NCBI GenBank assembly: GCA_035517435.1
Contig: DATIYV010000070.1
Location: forward strand, 12,898 to 76,897
Source of the DNA: Steroidobacteraceae bacterium
GTDB lineage: Bacteria; Pseudomonadota; Gammaproteobacteria; Steroidobacterales; Steroidobacteraceae
Direction of reading: 5' to 3'
DNA length: 64,000 bases
Shown: positions 1-9,635 of the stretch, in pieces
How positions within the stretch are numbered: the stretch's first letter is position 1
How the letters are laid out: every line of letters starts with the position of its first letter
Notes under the pieces: model-generated
What the model was told of the DNA's origin: nothing
Seen by the model: only the letters and a program-made list of their open reading frames with translations
Databases searched by the model: none
Translations under genes and position numbers: made by a program

Positions 1-750
1 CGATACTGCAAGGTGAACGTCGCGGCCGATGAGGCCGCTTCCGGTTACAACACGATCCCGGCGCCCGAGGCCCTGAAACTCACCGCCGGTGCGGCGTTCG
101 TGCATTACACGCCGAACGAGACCATCGGCGGCGTGGAGTTCGACTACGTGCCGCGCACCGGCGCGGTGCCGCTGGTGGCGGATCTGTCCTCGACGATCCT
201 GTCGCGCCCGATCGAGGTGTCCCAGTTCGGGCTGATCTACGCCGGTGCGCAGAAGAACATCGGCCCCGCCGGACTGTGCGTCGTCATCGTGCGCGAGGAT
301 CTCATCGGCCGCGCCCGCAGCGACACGCCCTCGGTGCTCGACTACCAGGCGATGGCGGCGGATGACTCGATGCTCAACACGCCGCCGACCTTCATCTGGT
401 ATCTGGCCGGCCTGGTCTTCAAATGGATCAAGGCTGAGGGCGGGCTCGCGGCCATGGGAGCGCGCAATCGCGCCAAGGCCGAAGCACTCTATGGCGCGAT
501 CGATGGCAGCGGCTTCTATAGAAATCCGGTCGCGCGGCACTGCCGCTCTTGGATGAACGTGCCGTTTCAGCTCGCACGACCCGAGCTCGACAAGACCTTC
601 TTGAGCGAGGCGAAGGCCGCCGGACTCACCAACCTCGAAGGCCACCGCTCGGTCGGCGGCATGCGCGCGAGCATCTACAACGCCATGCCGCTCGCGGGCG
701 TGCAGGCGCTGGTCGGTTTCATGCAAGAGTTCGAGCGCCGGCACGGCTGA
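1..750 (+). CDS. serC: Phosphoserine aminotransferase, C-terminal part (gene runs off the left edge)
   Basis: Frame 1 is open from base 1. The translation contains [22 protein letters not shown] (PLP-lysine region) and [16 protein letters not shown], both typical of SerC. The position ahead of serA/pheA/aroA fits. Confidence 0.9.
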   Translation, partial: RYCKVNVAADEAASGYNTIPAPEALKLTAGAAFVHYTPNETIGGVEFDYVPRTGAVPLVADLSSTILSRPIEVSQFGLIYAGAQKNIGPAGLCVVIVREDLIGRARSDTPSVLDYQAMAADDSMLNTPPTFIWYLAGLVFKWIKAEGGLAAMGARNRAKAEALYGAIDGSGFYRNPVARHCRSWMNVPFQLARPELDKTFLSEAKAAGLTNLEGHRSVGGMRASIYNAMPLAGVQALVGFMQEFERRHG

Positions 751-758
751 AGCTTCCC

Positions 759-1928
759 ATGCCCTACCGCATTCTCACCCTGAACAACATCAGCTCGCGC
801 GGCCTCGAGCGCCTGCCGCGCGAGCGCTTCGAGGTCGGCAACGCCGTGACGGCGCCCGATGCCATCCTGGTGCGCTCGGCCGATATGCACTCCCTGGAGG
901 TGCCGGCGTCGGTGCTGGCCGTGGGACGCGCCGGGGCGGGCACCAACAACATCCCGGTGGCATCCCTGAGCAAGCGCGGCATCGCGGTATTCAACGCGCC
1001 CGGCGCCAATGCCAACGCCGTGAAGGAGCTGGTGCTAGCGGGGCTGTTCCTGGCCGCGCGCAACATCTGCCCCGCCTGGTCTTTCGCGCGCGCACTCTCG
1101 GGCGATGATCAGGCGATCGATGAGGCGGTGGAGAAGGGCAAGAAGAGCTTCGTCGGCTTCGAGCTCCCGGGGCGCACCCTGGGTGTCGTCGGGCTGGGGG
1201 CGATCGGCGTCGAGGTGGCGAACTCCGCCGGCGCGCTCGGCATGAAAGTGCTGGGCTACGATCCGCAGATCACGGTGCAGCGGGCCTGGCAGCTCTCCGC
1301 GAGCGTCGAGCAGGCGCGCTCGCTCGAGGATCTGTTCGCCCGTTCCGATGCCGTCACCGTGCACGTGCCGCTGAATGGCGACACGCGGGCGCTGGTCAAT
1401 GCCACGCGGCTCGCACTCATGCGGCGCGGCGGGGTGATCCTGAACTTCGCGCGCGCCGGCATCGTCTCGGACGAGGCCATCGTCGCGGCGCTCAACGCCG
1501 GCACACTGCATGCCTATGTGTGCGACTTTCCGAACAATGCCCTCAAGGATCACCCGAAAGTGGTGGCGCTGCCGCACCTGGGCGCTTCCACTGGCGAGGC
1601 CGAAGAGAACTGCGCCATCATGGTCGCCGAGACGGTCCGGGATTACCTGGAGAACGGCAACGTGAGGAACAGTGTCAACTTTCCGGAGGCGGTGCTGCCG
1701 CGGGTGGCGAACACCACGCGGCTCGCCATCGTCAACAGCAACGTGCCCAACATGGTGGGACAGATCTCGACCTGCCTGGCAGGTGCCGCGCTGAACATTG
1801 CCGACCTGCTGAACAAATCGCGGGGCGAGTACGCGTACACACTCATCGACACCGACGGGACTTTGAGCAAGGACACGCTCGCGCAGATCCGCGGCATCGA
1901 TGGGGTGCTGTCCGCGCGCGTGGTCTGA
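759..1928 (+). CDS. serA: D-3-phosphoglycerate dehydrogenase (2-hydroxyacid dehydrogenase with C-terminal ACT domain)
   Basis: ATG at 759 (MPYRILTLNN...) lies inside the longer ORF 549-1928. NAD-binding motif GVVGLGAIG, HLGAST catalytic region, and an ACT-like tail (RLAIVNSNVPNMVGQIS...). The 549 start would overlap serC. Confidence 0.85.
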   Translation: MPYRILTLNNISSRGLERLPRERFEVGNAVTAPDAILVRSADMHSLEVPASVLAVGRAGAGTNNIPVASLSKRGIAVFNAPGANANAVKELVLAGLFLAARNICPAWSFARALSGDDQAIDEAVEKGKKSFVGFELPGRTLGVVGLGAIGVEVANSAGALGMKVLGYDPQITVQRAWQLSASVEQARSLEDLFARSDAVTVHVPLNGDTRALVNATRLALMRRGGVILNFARAGIVSDEAIVAALNAGTLHAYVCDFPNNALKDHPKVVALPHLGASTGEAEENCAIMVAETVRDYLENGNVRNSVNFPEAVLPRVANTTRLAIVNSNVPNMVGQISTCLAGAALNIADLLNKSRGEYAYTLIDTDGTLSKDTLAQIRGIDGVLSARVV

Positions 1929-3052
1929 TGGCCGCGCCCCGCAAACGACGCCGCTCGGACGCGGCCCGGGCCGCGGCTCTCGAGGCCGCGCGCCGGCGCA
2001 TCGACTCCGTCGATGAGCGTATCCACGCGCTGTTGAACGATCGCGCGCGGCTGGCGCGCGAAGTCGGCATCTCCAAGCACCGCAACGGCCACACGGTCGA
2101 CTTCTACCGTCCCGAGCGCGAGGCGCAGGTGCTGCGCATGGCGAAGCAGCGCAACCACGGTCCGCTGCGCGATGAGGATGTGCTGCGGCTGTTTCGCGAG
2201 ATCATGTCGGCGTGCCTCGCGCAGCAGGAGCCGCTCAAAGTCGCCTTCCTCGGGCCCGAGGGCACGTTCACGCAGACCGCGGTGCTCACGCATTTCGGGC
2301 ATTCGGTGCGGGCACTGCCGCTGCCCTCGGTCGATGAGGTGTTCCAGGAGGTCGAGTCCGGCAGCGTCGACTTCGGCGTGGTGGCGATCGAGAACTCCAC
2401 CGAAGGCATGGTCATCAACACGCTCGATCGCTTTCTTACCTCGCCGGCGAAGATCTGCGGCGAGGTGGAGCTGCGGATCCACCAGTTCCTGATGGGACGG
2501 ATGCGCTCGCTGCGCCAGATCGAGCGGGTGTGCTCGCATCAGCAGGCGCTCGCGCAGTGCCGCGGCTGGCTCGATGAGCATCTGCCGGATGCCGAGCGCG
2601 TGGCCGTGACGAGTAATGCCGAAGGTGCGCGCCGCGCGCGCGACGAGAAGGGCACTGCGGCGATTGCCGGTGAGACCGCGGCCGAGGTCTATGGCCTGAA
2701 CGTCCTCGCCAACCAGATCGAAGACCGCCCGGACAACACCACGCGCTTCTTCGTGCTCGGGCGGAAGCTCCTCGCCCCGAGCGGCCAGGACCGCACCACG
2801 CTCATCGTCTCGGTCGGACACACCGATGCGCCGGGAGCGCTGTTCCGGCTGCTCGAGCCGCTGGCGCGTCATCGCATCAGCATGACGCGCATCGAGTCGC
2901 GTCCCTCGCAGCGGCGCAAGTGGGACTATGTGTTCTTCATCGACATCGAGGGTCACGCCGAGGACAAGCGCGTTGCGCGCGCGCTCGCGGCGCTGAAGAA
3001 GCGTGCCTCGCTCTTTCGGGTGCTGGGTTCCTACCCGCGGGCGGTCACCTGA
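1928..3052 (+). CDS. pheA: Bifunctional chorismate mutase / prephenate dehydratase
   Basis: The ATG at 1928 overlaps the serA stop (TGATG). Chorismate mutase helix RRRIDSVDERIHALLNDRARLAREVG, PDT motifs VAFLGPEGTFTQ and NTTRFFVLG, and ACT motif MTRIESRPS. Confidence 0.9.
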   Translation: MAAPRKRRRSDAARAAALEAARRRIDSVDERIHALLNDRARLAREVGISKHRNGHTVDFYRPEREAQVLRMAKQRNHGPLRDEDVLRLFREIMSACLAQQEPLKVAFLGPEGTFTQTAVLTHFGHSVRALPLPSVDEVFQEVESGSVDFGVVAIENSTEGMVINTLDRFLTSPAKICGEVELRIHQFLMGRMRSLRQIERVCSHQQALAQCRGWLDEHLPDAERVAVTSNAEGARRARDEKGTAAIAGETAAEVYGLNVLANQIEDRPDNTTRFFVLGRKLLAPSGQDRTTLIVSVGHTDAPGALFRLLEPLARHRISMTRIESRPSQRRKWDYVFFIDIEGHAEDKRVARALAALKKRASLFRVLGSYPRAVT

Positions 3053-4368
3053 AGAACTACGTCGTTGCTCCCGGTGGTCAGGTTGCAGGCACGCTCGGTG
3101 TGCCGGGCGACAAGTCGATTTCGCACCGCGCGCTCATGCTGGGCGGCATCGCCGAAGGCCGCAGCGAAATCAGCGGCTTTCTCGAGAGCGAGGACTGCCT
3201 CTCGACGCTGAAGGCGCTGCGCGCGCTCGGGGTCAGGATCGAGCAGCCCGAGCGCCAGCGCGTCATCGTGCACGGTGTCGGTGCCGCGGGTCTGCGCCAG
3301 GCAGCCGGACCGCTCGATATGGGCAATGCCGGCACGGCCATGCGCCTCATGACCGGCCTTCTGGCCGGGCGGCCCTTTCACTCGACGCTGATCGGCGATG
3401 AGTCGCTCATGCGCCGGCCGATGGAGCGCGTCGCGACGCCGCTGCGCCTCATGGGCGCGCGCATCACCACCCGTGACGGGCGCCCGCCGGTGCAGATTCA
3501 GGGCGTGCCGCACTTGAATGCGATCGAGTACACGATCCCGGTCGCAAGCGCCCAGATCAAATCCGCGCTGCTGCTGGCGGCGCTGCAGGCCGAAGGCAGC
3601 ACACGACTCACCGAGCCGGCGCCCACGCGCGATCACACCGAGCGGATGCTGGGCGCGTTCGGCGTCGAGCTCGTCCACAGCGGACTCATGGTGGCGATGG
3701 AAGGCGGGCAGACGCTGCAAGCCACCTCCTTGAACGTGCCGGGCGATTTCTCCTCCGCGGCCTTCTTCATCGTCGCCGGGTGCCTGGCGGCAAAGGGTGC
3801 CCTCACCATCCGCAACGTCGGCGTCAACCCCACGCGTACGGGACTCATCGATCTCTTGCGCGAGATGGGCGCCGATATCCGCGTGCACCGCACCGAAGCC
3901 GGCCGCGCCGCCGGCCCGAGCCACGAGCCGATCGCGGACATCGAGGTGCGCGCCGGCGAGCTGCGCGGTATCAAGGTGCCGGAGCGGCTGGTGCCGCTGG
4001 CGATCGACGAGTTTCCGATCCTGTTCATCGCCGCAGCCTGCGCCGCAGGGGAGACTCTGGTGCGCGGTGCGCTCGAGCTGCGGGTGAAAGAGAGCGACCG
4101 TCTCGCCGTCATGGCCGAGGGTCTGGGCAGGCTCGGCATCGAGCATGACCTGCTGCCCGATGGCCTGTGGATCCGCGGGGCGGGCGGCTTCGGCGGTGGT
4201 GCGGTTGAGAGCCACGGCGATCACCGCATCGCGATGGCGTTTGCGGTGGCCGCGCTGCGGGCCAGGTCGCTCATCGAGATCCGCGACGTGGCCAATGTCG
4301 CCACCTCCTTCCCGGGCTTCGTCGCGACCGCGCGCGGCGCCGGATTGGACATAACCGAGTCGGGCTGA
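2920..4368 (+). CDS. aroA: 3-phosphoshikimate 1-carboxyvinyltransferase (EPSP synthase); start uncertain
   Basis: PGDKSISHRALMLG, LDMGNAGTAMRL and LRVKESDR motifs. Homology begins at about 3049 (LKNYVVAPGG...). The only canonical in-frame start is GTG 2920, which overlaps pheA by 133 nt. Confidence 0.9.
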   Translation: MGLCVLHRHRGSRRGQARCARARGAEEACLALSGAGFLPAGGHLKNYVVAPGGQVAGTLGVPGDKSISHRALMLGGIAEGRSEISGFLESEDCLSTLKALRALGVRIEQPERQRVIVHGVGAAGLRQAAGPLDMGNAGTAMRLMTGLLAGRPFHSTLIGDESLMRRPMERVATPLRLMGARITTRDGRPPVQIQGVPHLNAIEYTIPVASAQIKSALLLAALQAEGSTRLTEPAPTRDHTERMLGAFGVELVHSGLMVAMEGGQTLQATSLNVPGDFSSAAFFIVAGCLAAKGALTIRNVGVNPTRTGLIDLLREMGADIRVHRTEAGRAAGPSHEPIADIEVRAGELRGIKVPERLVPLAIDEFPILFIAAACAAGETLVRGALELRVKESDRLAVMAEGLGRLGIEHDLLPDGLWIRGAGGFGGGAVESHGDHRIAMAFAVAALRARSLIEIRDVANVATSFPGFVATARGAGLDITESG

Positions 4369-4385
4369 GCGGGCACTTCCCACCG

Positions 4386-5063
4386 ATGGCCATCCCCGTC
4401 GTCACGATCGACGGCCCGAGCGGCTCGGGCAAGGGCACGATCAGCCGCGCCGTCGCCCAGCACGCCGGCTGGCACTGGCTCGACAGCGGGGCGCTCTACC
4501 GGCTGGTCGCGCTCGCCGGCGAAACCGCGGGTCTTGCGCCCGAGGATGTGGCGGGACACGTCGAAATCGCCCTGCGTATGCGGCCGCAATTCGGCGCCGG
4601 CCCCTCGGGGGAGGGCATCCTCCTCGACGGCCGCGACGTGACCTCGGCGGTGCGCTCCGAGACCGCCGGACGCGGCGCCTCCCGGGTGGCGGCCTGGCCG
4701 CCCGTGCGCGCGGCGCTCCTCGCCCGCCAGCAGGGCTTCGCCCAGGCGCCGGGCCTGGTCGCCGATGGGCGCGATATGGGCACCGTCGTCTTCCCGCAGG
4801 CGCTTCTGAAGATCTTCCTCACCGCCAGCGCTGAGGAGCGGGCCGCGAGGCGCTATAAGCAGTTGAAAGACAAGGACTCTGGTGTTAGCCTTGCCGCCCT
4901 TTCGCGCGAGATAGCCGAGCGGGATCGGAGGGATTCGACACGTGCCGCGAGTCCCCTGAAAGCCGCCACCGACGCCCACGTGATCGACTCCACCGCCCTC
5001 TCGATTGAGGCCGTGGTCGAGCGTGTGCTGGCCCTGGGTCGCGCGCAGGGCCTGTGGGCGTAA
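4386..5063 (+). CDS. cmk: Cytidylate kinase
   Basis: VVTIDGPSGSGKGTISRAVA P-loop and LDSGALYR. Sits between aroA and rpsA as in many proteobacteria. Confidence 0.95.
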   Translation: MAIPVVTIDGPSGSGKGTISRAVAQHAGWHWLDSGALYRLVALAGETAGLAPEDVAGHVEIALRMRPQFGAGPSGEGILLDGRDVTSAVRSETAGRGASRVAAWPPVRAALLARQQGFAQAPGLVADGRDMGTVVFPQALLKIFLTASAEERAARRYKQLKDKDSGVSLAALSREIAERDRRDSTRAASPLKAATDAHVIDSTALSIEAVVERVLALGRAQGLWA

Positions 5064-5162
5064 GTCGAGACAATTTTTTTGGCGCCACTGCAAGGAAGCG
5101 GGGGCAGTAACCACATCCCGGACGCGCACTGATGCGCTCGCCGGCAGATCCGAAGTGAAGGT

Positions 5163-6836
5163 ATGACTGAAAGTTTCGCGCAACTCTTTGAGGATAGCCT
5201 CGCTAACCAACGCATCCGCCCCGGAATGATTCTCACCGGCCTCGTGGTCGAAGTGACCGAGGACGTGGTGATCGTGAATGTCGGCCTGAAATCCGAAGCC
5301 GTCATTCCGCTGGATCAGTTCAAGAACGAACGCGGCGAGATCGAAGTCAAGGCCGGTGAAGAAGTCGAGGTCGCTCTCGACTCGGTGGAAGATGGCACCG
5401 GCGAAACGCGCCTGTCGCGCGAGAAGGCCAAGCGCGCCCGCACCTGGACGCGACTCGAGGGCGCCTTCAACAATTCCCAGATCGTCACCGGCGTGATCAC
5501 GGGCCGCGTCAAGGGCGGCTTCACGGTGGAGATCGAGAACGTGCGGGCATTCCTGCCCGGTTCTCTGGTGGACGTGCGCCCGGTGCGCGACACCTCTTAT
5601 CTCGAGGGCAAGCCGCTCGAGTTCAAAGTCATCAAGCTCGACCAGAAGCGCAACAACGTCGTCGTCTCACGCCGCGCGGTCGTCGAGCAGGAGTTCTCCG
5701 CCGAGCGCAGCGCGCTCATGGAGAACCTGCAGGAAGGCGCTGTGGTGCGTGGCGCGGTCAAGAACCTCACCGACTACGGTGCGTTCGTGGACCTGGGCGG
5801 CATCGATGGCCTGCTGCATATCACCGACATGGCGTGGAAGCGCGTCAAGCACCCCTCCGAGGTGGTCAAGGTCGGCGATGAGATCGAAGTGCGCATTCTC
5901 AAGTTCGACCGCGAGCGCTCGCGCGTATCGCTGGGCTTGAAGCAGCTCGGCGCGGATCCGTGGGAGAACATTGCGCGGCGTTATCCGCCCAACACCCGCG
6001 TGTTCGGCAAGGTCACGAACATTGCCGACTACGGCGCGTTCGTCGAGATCGAAGATGGCGTCGAGGGCCTGGTCCACGTGTCCGAGATGGACTGGACCAA
6101 CAAGAACGTCAATCCGTCGAAAGTCGTGCACACCGGCCAGGAGGTCGAGGTCATGGTGCTCGATGTCGACGAAGAGCGCCGCCGCATCTCCCTGGGCCTG
6201 AAGCAGTGCAAGGCAAATCCCTGGAAGGAGTTCGCCGAGAACTACAACCGCGGCGATAAGGTCGCGGGGCAGATCAAGTCGATCACCGATTTCGGCATCT
6301 TCATCGGCCTGCAGGGCAACATCGATGGCCTGGTGCACCTGTCCGACATCTCCTGGGATCAGCCCGGGGAAGAGGCGGTGCGCAACTACCAGAAGGGCCA
6401 GCAGGTCGAGGCCATGGTGCTGTCGATCGACCCGGAACGGGAGCGCATCTCCCTTGGCATCAAGCAGCTCGCCAAAGATCCGTTCTCGGCCTACATCGCC
6501 GATAACCCGAAGGGCAATATCGTGCGTGGCGTCGTCAAGGAAGTGGACGCGCGTGGCGCGGTCATCGACCTGGGCAACGGCGTCGAGGGTCAGCTGCGCG
6601 CCTCCGAGCTCGGCCGCGACCGCGTCGAGGATGCCCGCACTGTGCTGAAAGTCGGCGATGAGATCGATGCGAAGTTCATTGGCGTCGATCGCAAGACCCG
6701 GACGATTTCTCTGTCGGTGAAAGCGAAGGAAGCGCACGAGGAGGCCGAGGCCGTGCAGAGCTACCGCTCCGAGCAGACCCCGACCGGAACGACCCTGGGC
6801 GATCTGCTCAAGGAGCATATCGGCGATCGCAGCTGA
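5163..6836 (+). CDS. rpsA: 30S ribosomal protein S1
   Basis: 557 aa with six S1 repeats (e.g. [31 protein letters not shown]). Typical N-terminus [13 protein letters not shown]. Confidence 0.97.
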   Translation: MTESFAQLFEDSLANQRIRPGMILTGLVVEVTEDVVIVNVGLKSEAVIPLDQFKNERGEIEVKAGEEVEVALDSVEDGTGETRLSREKAKRARTWTRLEGAFNNSQIVTGVITGRVKGGFTVEIENVRAFLPGSLVDVRPVRDTSYLEGKPLEFKVIKLDQKRNNVVVSRRAVVEQEFSAERSALMENLQEGAVVRGAVKNLTDYGAFVDLGGIDGLLHITDMAWKRVKHPSEVVKVGDEIEVRILKFDRERSRVSLGLKQLGADPWENIARRYPPNTRVFGKVTNIADYGAFVEIEDGVEGLVHVSEMDWTNKNVNPSKVVHTGQEVEVMVLDVDEERRRISLGLKQCKANPWKEFAENYNRGDKVAGQIKSITDFGIFIGLQGNIDGLVHLSDISWDQPGEEAVRNYQKGQQVEAMVLSIDPERERISLGIKQLAKDPFSAYIADNPKGNIVRGVVKEVDARGAVIDLGNGVEGQLRASELGRDRVEDARTVLKVGDEIDAKFIGVDRKTRTISLSVKAKEAHEEAEAVQSYRSEQTPTGTTLGDLLKEHIGDRS

Positions 6837-6862
6837 TTTCGTAAGCGGATCAGAAAAACAAC

Positions 6863-7165
6863 ATGACGAAGTCGGAGCTCATCGAGATCATCACCGCGAA
6901 GCAGAAGCACCTTCCGGCGAAGGATGTGGAGCTCGCGCTGAAGCAAATCCTCGAAATTATGAGTGATGCGCTCTCGCAGGGAGAGCGCATCGAGATCCGG
7001 GGGTTCGGCAGCTTCTCGCTGCACTTCCGCCCGCCGCGGCAGGGGAGAAATCCCAAGACCGGCGAGGCGGTCGCGCTGTCGGGCAAGTACGTGCCGCACT
7101 TCAAGCCGGGCAAGGACCTGCGCGAGCGCGTGAACGACGGCGCCGACCGCCCGATCCGGGACTGA
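6863..7165 (+). CDS. ihfB: Integration host factor subunit beta
   Basis: MTKSELIE...[29 protein letters not shown], a classic IHF/HU fold signature. Located directly after rpsA. Confidence 0.95.
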   Translation: MTKSELIEIITAKQKHLPAKDVELALKQILEIMSDALSQGERIEIRGFGSFSLHFRPPRQGRNPKTGEAVALSGKYVPHFKPGKDLRERVNDGADRPIRD

Positions 7166-7182
7166 CGCCTGCGGCGCCGCCC

Positions 7183-8265
7183 GTGGTGGAGCAGCTGTCG
7201 CCGCTGATCCTCGCACTGGCGTTCGTCGCGGTCGGCTGCGCGGCGTGGCTTCTGGGACGGCGTGCCGCGCGCAGCCGCACGGTGCGCCTGCCGCGTGACT
7301 ACTACGTCGGCTTAGACCATCTCATCAACGATCGTTTCGACCGCGCCGCCGAAGTGTTTGCGCGCGTCGCTGAAACCGCGGGCGATGCCGCGGAAATCCA
7401 GTTCGCCCTGGGGAGCCTGTTCCGCCGCCGCGGCGAGGTCGAGCGCGCGATCGCGATCCACACCCGGCTGAAGGACGAGGGCACGGCCGCGGTGCGCACC
7501 CAGGCGACTTTTGCACTGGGGCTCGATTACCTGGGAGCGGGCCTCATGGACCGCGCCGAGCGGCTGTTCGAGGAGCTTTGCGCCTCACCCGAATATCGAC
7601 GCGATGCGCTCGAGCAGCTGCAGCGCATCTACGAGCAGCAGGGCGACTGGTCGAATGCACTCAAAATCTTTCACGAACTGCCGCCGCAGCTGCAGCGCAC
7701 GCGCCGCCGCGTGGCCGCACACTATCTGTGCGAGCTGGCCGAGCACGCCATCGTGCAGGGCGAGCTCGAGCGCGCCCGCTCGCTCCTGCGTCAGGCGGCA
7801 ACCCACGATGAGGAGCTGCCGCGCGCCCGCATTCTCACGGCGCGCATGCTGGAGGCGGGCGGCGATATCCGCACGGCGGCGGCGCAGTATCTCGAGGCAC
7901 TGGAGAGCTCACCGGGACTTGCGCTGGAGATCATTCCGCGTCTGCGCCAGATCGCCGAGCGCGCCGGGGAAGCCTCGATCCTGCAGGACTTGGGCACGCG
8001 CCTGACACGCTCCGGCAGACTCTCCGCGCGCCAGCTCGAATGGCTCCTCGCCACCGCACTGCCCGGTGAGCCCGGTGCCGCACCCTCGTTGGGACAGCTC
8101 CTGAAGCGCATCGGCGATGCCGGCGGGCGCTATCAGTGTGAGGAGTGCGGCCTGAACAGTGTCGGCTGGTTCTGGCGTTGTCCGAAATGCCGCGCATGGG
8201 ATGGCATGCGTCCGGCAGTGTTCAAGTGGGCCGAGCGCACGGACGAGACCCCGCGGTCACAGTAA
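7183..8265 (+). CDS. lapB: Lipopolysaccharide assembly protein LapB (YciM): TPR protein with C-terminal rubredoxin-like zinc site
   Basis: N-terminal TM helix ([17 protein letters not shown]), TPR region, and C-terminal CEECG...[13 protein letters not shown] start. Confidence 0.85.
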   Translation: MVEQLSPLILALAFVAVGCAAWLLGRRAARSRTVRLPRDYYVGLDHLINDRFDRAAEVFARVAETAGDAAEIQFALGSLFRRRGEVERAIAIHTRLKDEGTAAVRTQATFALGLDYLGAGLMDRAERLFEELCASPEYRRDALEQLQRIYEQQGDWSNALKIFHELPPQLQRTRRRVAAHYLCELAEHAIVQGELERARSLLRQAATHDEELPRARILTARMLEAGGDIRTAAAQYLEALESSPGLALEIIPRLRQIAERAGEASILQDLGTRLTRSGRLSARQLEWLLATALPGEPGAAPSLGQLLKRIGDAGGRYQCEECGLNSVGWFWRCPKCRAWDGMRPAVFKWAERTDETPRSQ

Positions 8266-8299
8266 ACTGCACGTCACTGACTTGCGCGAGACTCATGCG

Positions 8300-9202
8300 A
8301 TGAAATCACACTCCGTCATCCGCACGGCGGTATTCCCGGTCGCCGGACGCGGCACGCGCTTCCTGCCCGCCACCAAGGCGAGCCCGAAGGAAATGCTGCC
8401 GGTCGTCGACAAGCCGCTGATCCAGTACGCGGTCGAGGAGGCGCTCGCCGCCGGTGCCACGCGGCTGGTGTTCATCACCGGTGCCGCCAAGCGCGCGATC
8501 GAGGATCACTTCGACTCCGATCGGGAGCTGGAGCACATGCTCGAGGCACAGGGCAAGAGCGCGCTGCTCAACCAGCTGCGCAGCGTGCTGCCCTCCTATG
8601 CGACCTGCATCTACATCCGTCAGCCCGAGCCGCTGGGCCTCGGGCATGCGGTGCTGTGCGCGCAGCCGGCGGTCGGCGCCGAGCCCTTCTTCGTGCACCT
8701 TGCCGATGACCTGATCCGCGCGGAAGTGGGGTGCCTGAAGCAGATGGCGGACGTCTACGCGGCCAAGCGCGCGAGCGTGCTCGCGGTGGAAGTCGTGCCG
8801 CGCAAGGACACCGAGAAATACGGCATCGTGGAAGTGGAGTCGCAGGGCTCGGTCACGGCTCGCGTGCGCAGCATCGTCGAGAAGCCCAAGCCGGCGGTCG
8901 CGCCCTCGACGCTCGCCGTGGTCGGCCGTTACGTGCTCACGCCCTCGGTGTTCGAGCACCTGGAGCGCATCGGACGCGGCGCGGGCGGTGAGATCCAGCT
9001 GACCGACGGCATCGCGGCGCTGATGCGCGAGGAGGCCGTGTATGCCTATCGGTTCACGGGTCAGCGCTTCGACTGCGGCAGCAAGCTCGGCTATCTCGAA
9101 GCTACGGTCCAGTACGCGCTCGCGCATCCGGCGCTCGGTCGCGACTTTCGCAAGTACCTCGAGACGGTGGTAGGCTCGAAACGCAAGCGCGCATCCCGCT
9201 GA
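8300..9202 (+). CDS. galU: UTP-glucose-1-phosphate uridylyltransferase
   Basis: ATG 8300 lies within ORF 8159-9202. [34 protein letters not shown] is the GalU N-terminal signature. Confidence 0.9.
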   Translation: MKSHSVIRTAVFPVAGRGTRFLPATKASPKEMLPVVDKPLIQYAVEEALAAGATRLVFITGAAKRAIEDHFDSDRELEHMLEAQGKSALLNQLRSVLPSYATCIYIRQPEPLGLGHAVLCAQPAVGAEPFFVHLADDLIRAEVGCLKQMADVYAAKRASVLAVEVVPRKDTEKYGIVEVESQGSVTARVRSIVEKPKPAVAPSTLAVVGRYVLTPSVFEHLERIGRGAGGEIQLTDGIAALMREEAVYAYRFTGQRFDCGSKLGYLEATVQYALAHPALGRDFRKYLETVVGSKRKRASR

Positions 9203-9230
9203 ACGCGCGCCGCCGCAGGAGGAGTGTGTT

Positions 9231-9494
9231 ATGGCGACGCGTCGCACTCAGGAATCCGGGCAGTCTCTTCAAACTAAGTCCAGCCGCGCGCTGCGCTCGC
9301 GCGCCCTGCCAGCGGCGCCCGCTGCGGCCGGCGCCAACGTGTCGGCGGAGAGCCGACGCGGCATGATCGCCGAGGCCGCCTACTGGCGCGCCGAGCGGCG
9401 GGGCTTCGCGCCCGGCAACGAGATGGACGACTGGCTGGCAGCGGAGCGCGAGGTGGACGCGTTCCTGTCATCGCACTCCGGCTCGCCGCAGTAG
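9231..9494 (+). CDS. DUF2934-family small protein
   Basis: IAEAAYWRAERRGFAPGNEMDDWLAAE matches the DUF2934 core as I recall it. AGGAGG lies upstream of the ATG. Confidence 0.6.
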   Translation: MATRRTQESGQSLQTKSSRALRSRALPAAPAAAGANVSAESRRGMIAEAAYWRAERRGFAPGNEMDDWLAAEREVDAFLSSHSGSPQ

Positions 9495-9574
9495 AGTAAA
9501 GCTCCGTCGGGAGAGTGGCGTCCCGCCGGCGCTGGTGGGCCGGGGAGGTTATTGACGCCGCGCCACCTGATATA

Positions 9575-9586
9575 GTTATATATAAC
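9575..9586. promoter_or_regulatory. 12-bp AT palindrome overlapping candidate -10 elements of the ABC-efflux operon promoter
   Basis: GTTATATATAAC is preceded by TTGACG at 9552-9557. Several TATA-type hexamers lie 13-19 nt downstream of the -35-like box. Confidence 0.3.
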
Positions 9587-9635
9587 ACCAGTACAACCAT
9601 ACCAAACCTCGATCCGGGGGCTTGCTCGCAATCGC

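Noticed and set aside
549-758. N-terminal extensions offered by the ORF track for serA (549), galU (8159), RNB (14820), the monooxygenase (17604), PaiB (to 20790), ICMT (to 21044), ankyrin (35556), MCP (55107) and the FixJ regulator (58581).
   Set aside because: The extensions overlap the preceding gene, are Arg/Pro-rich, and an internal ATG or GTG coincides with the start of family homology, often with stop-start coupling or an SD. I used the internal starts.
1643-4383. Very long antisense ORFs (1643-2956, 437 aa; 3031-4383, 450 aa) opposite pheA and aroA.
   Set aside because: They exactly shadow well-supported genes. Their translations are Arg/Ala/Gly/His-rich low-complexity sequence with no recognisable motifs. 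This is the typical stop-codon-poor antisense frame of high-GC DNA.
5667-6818. 383-aa antisense ORF opposite rpsA.
   Set aside because: rpsA is unambiguous on the plus strand. The antisense translation has no motifs and mirrors the S1 repeats only as a compositional artefact.
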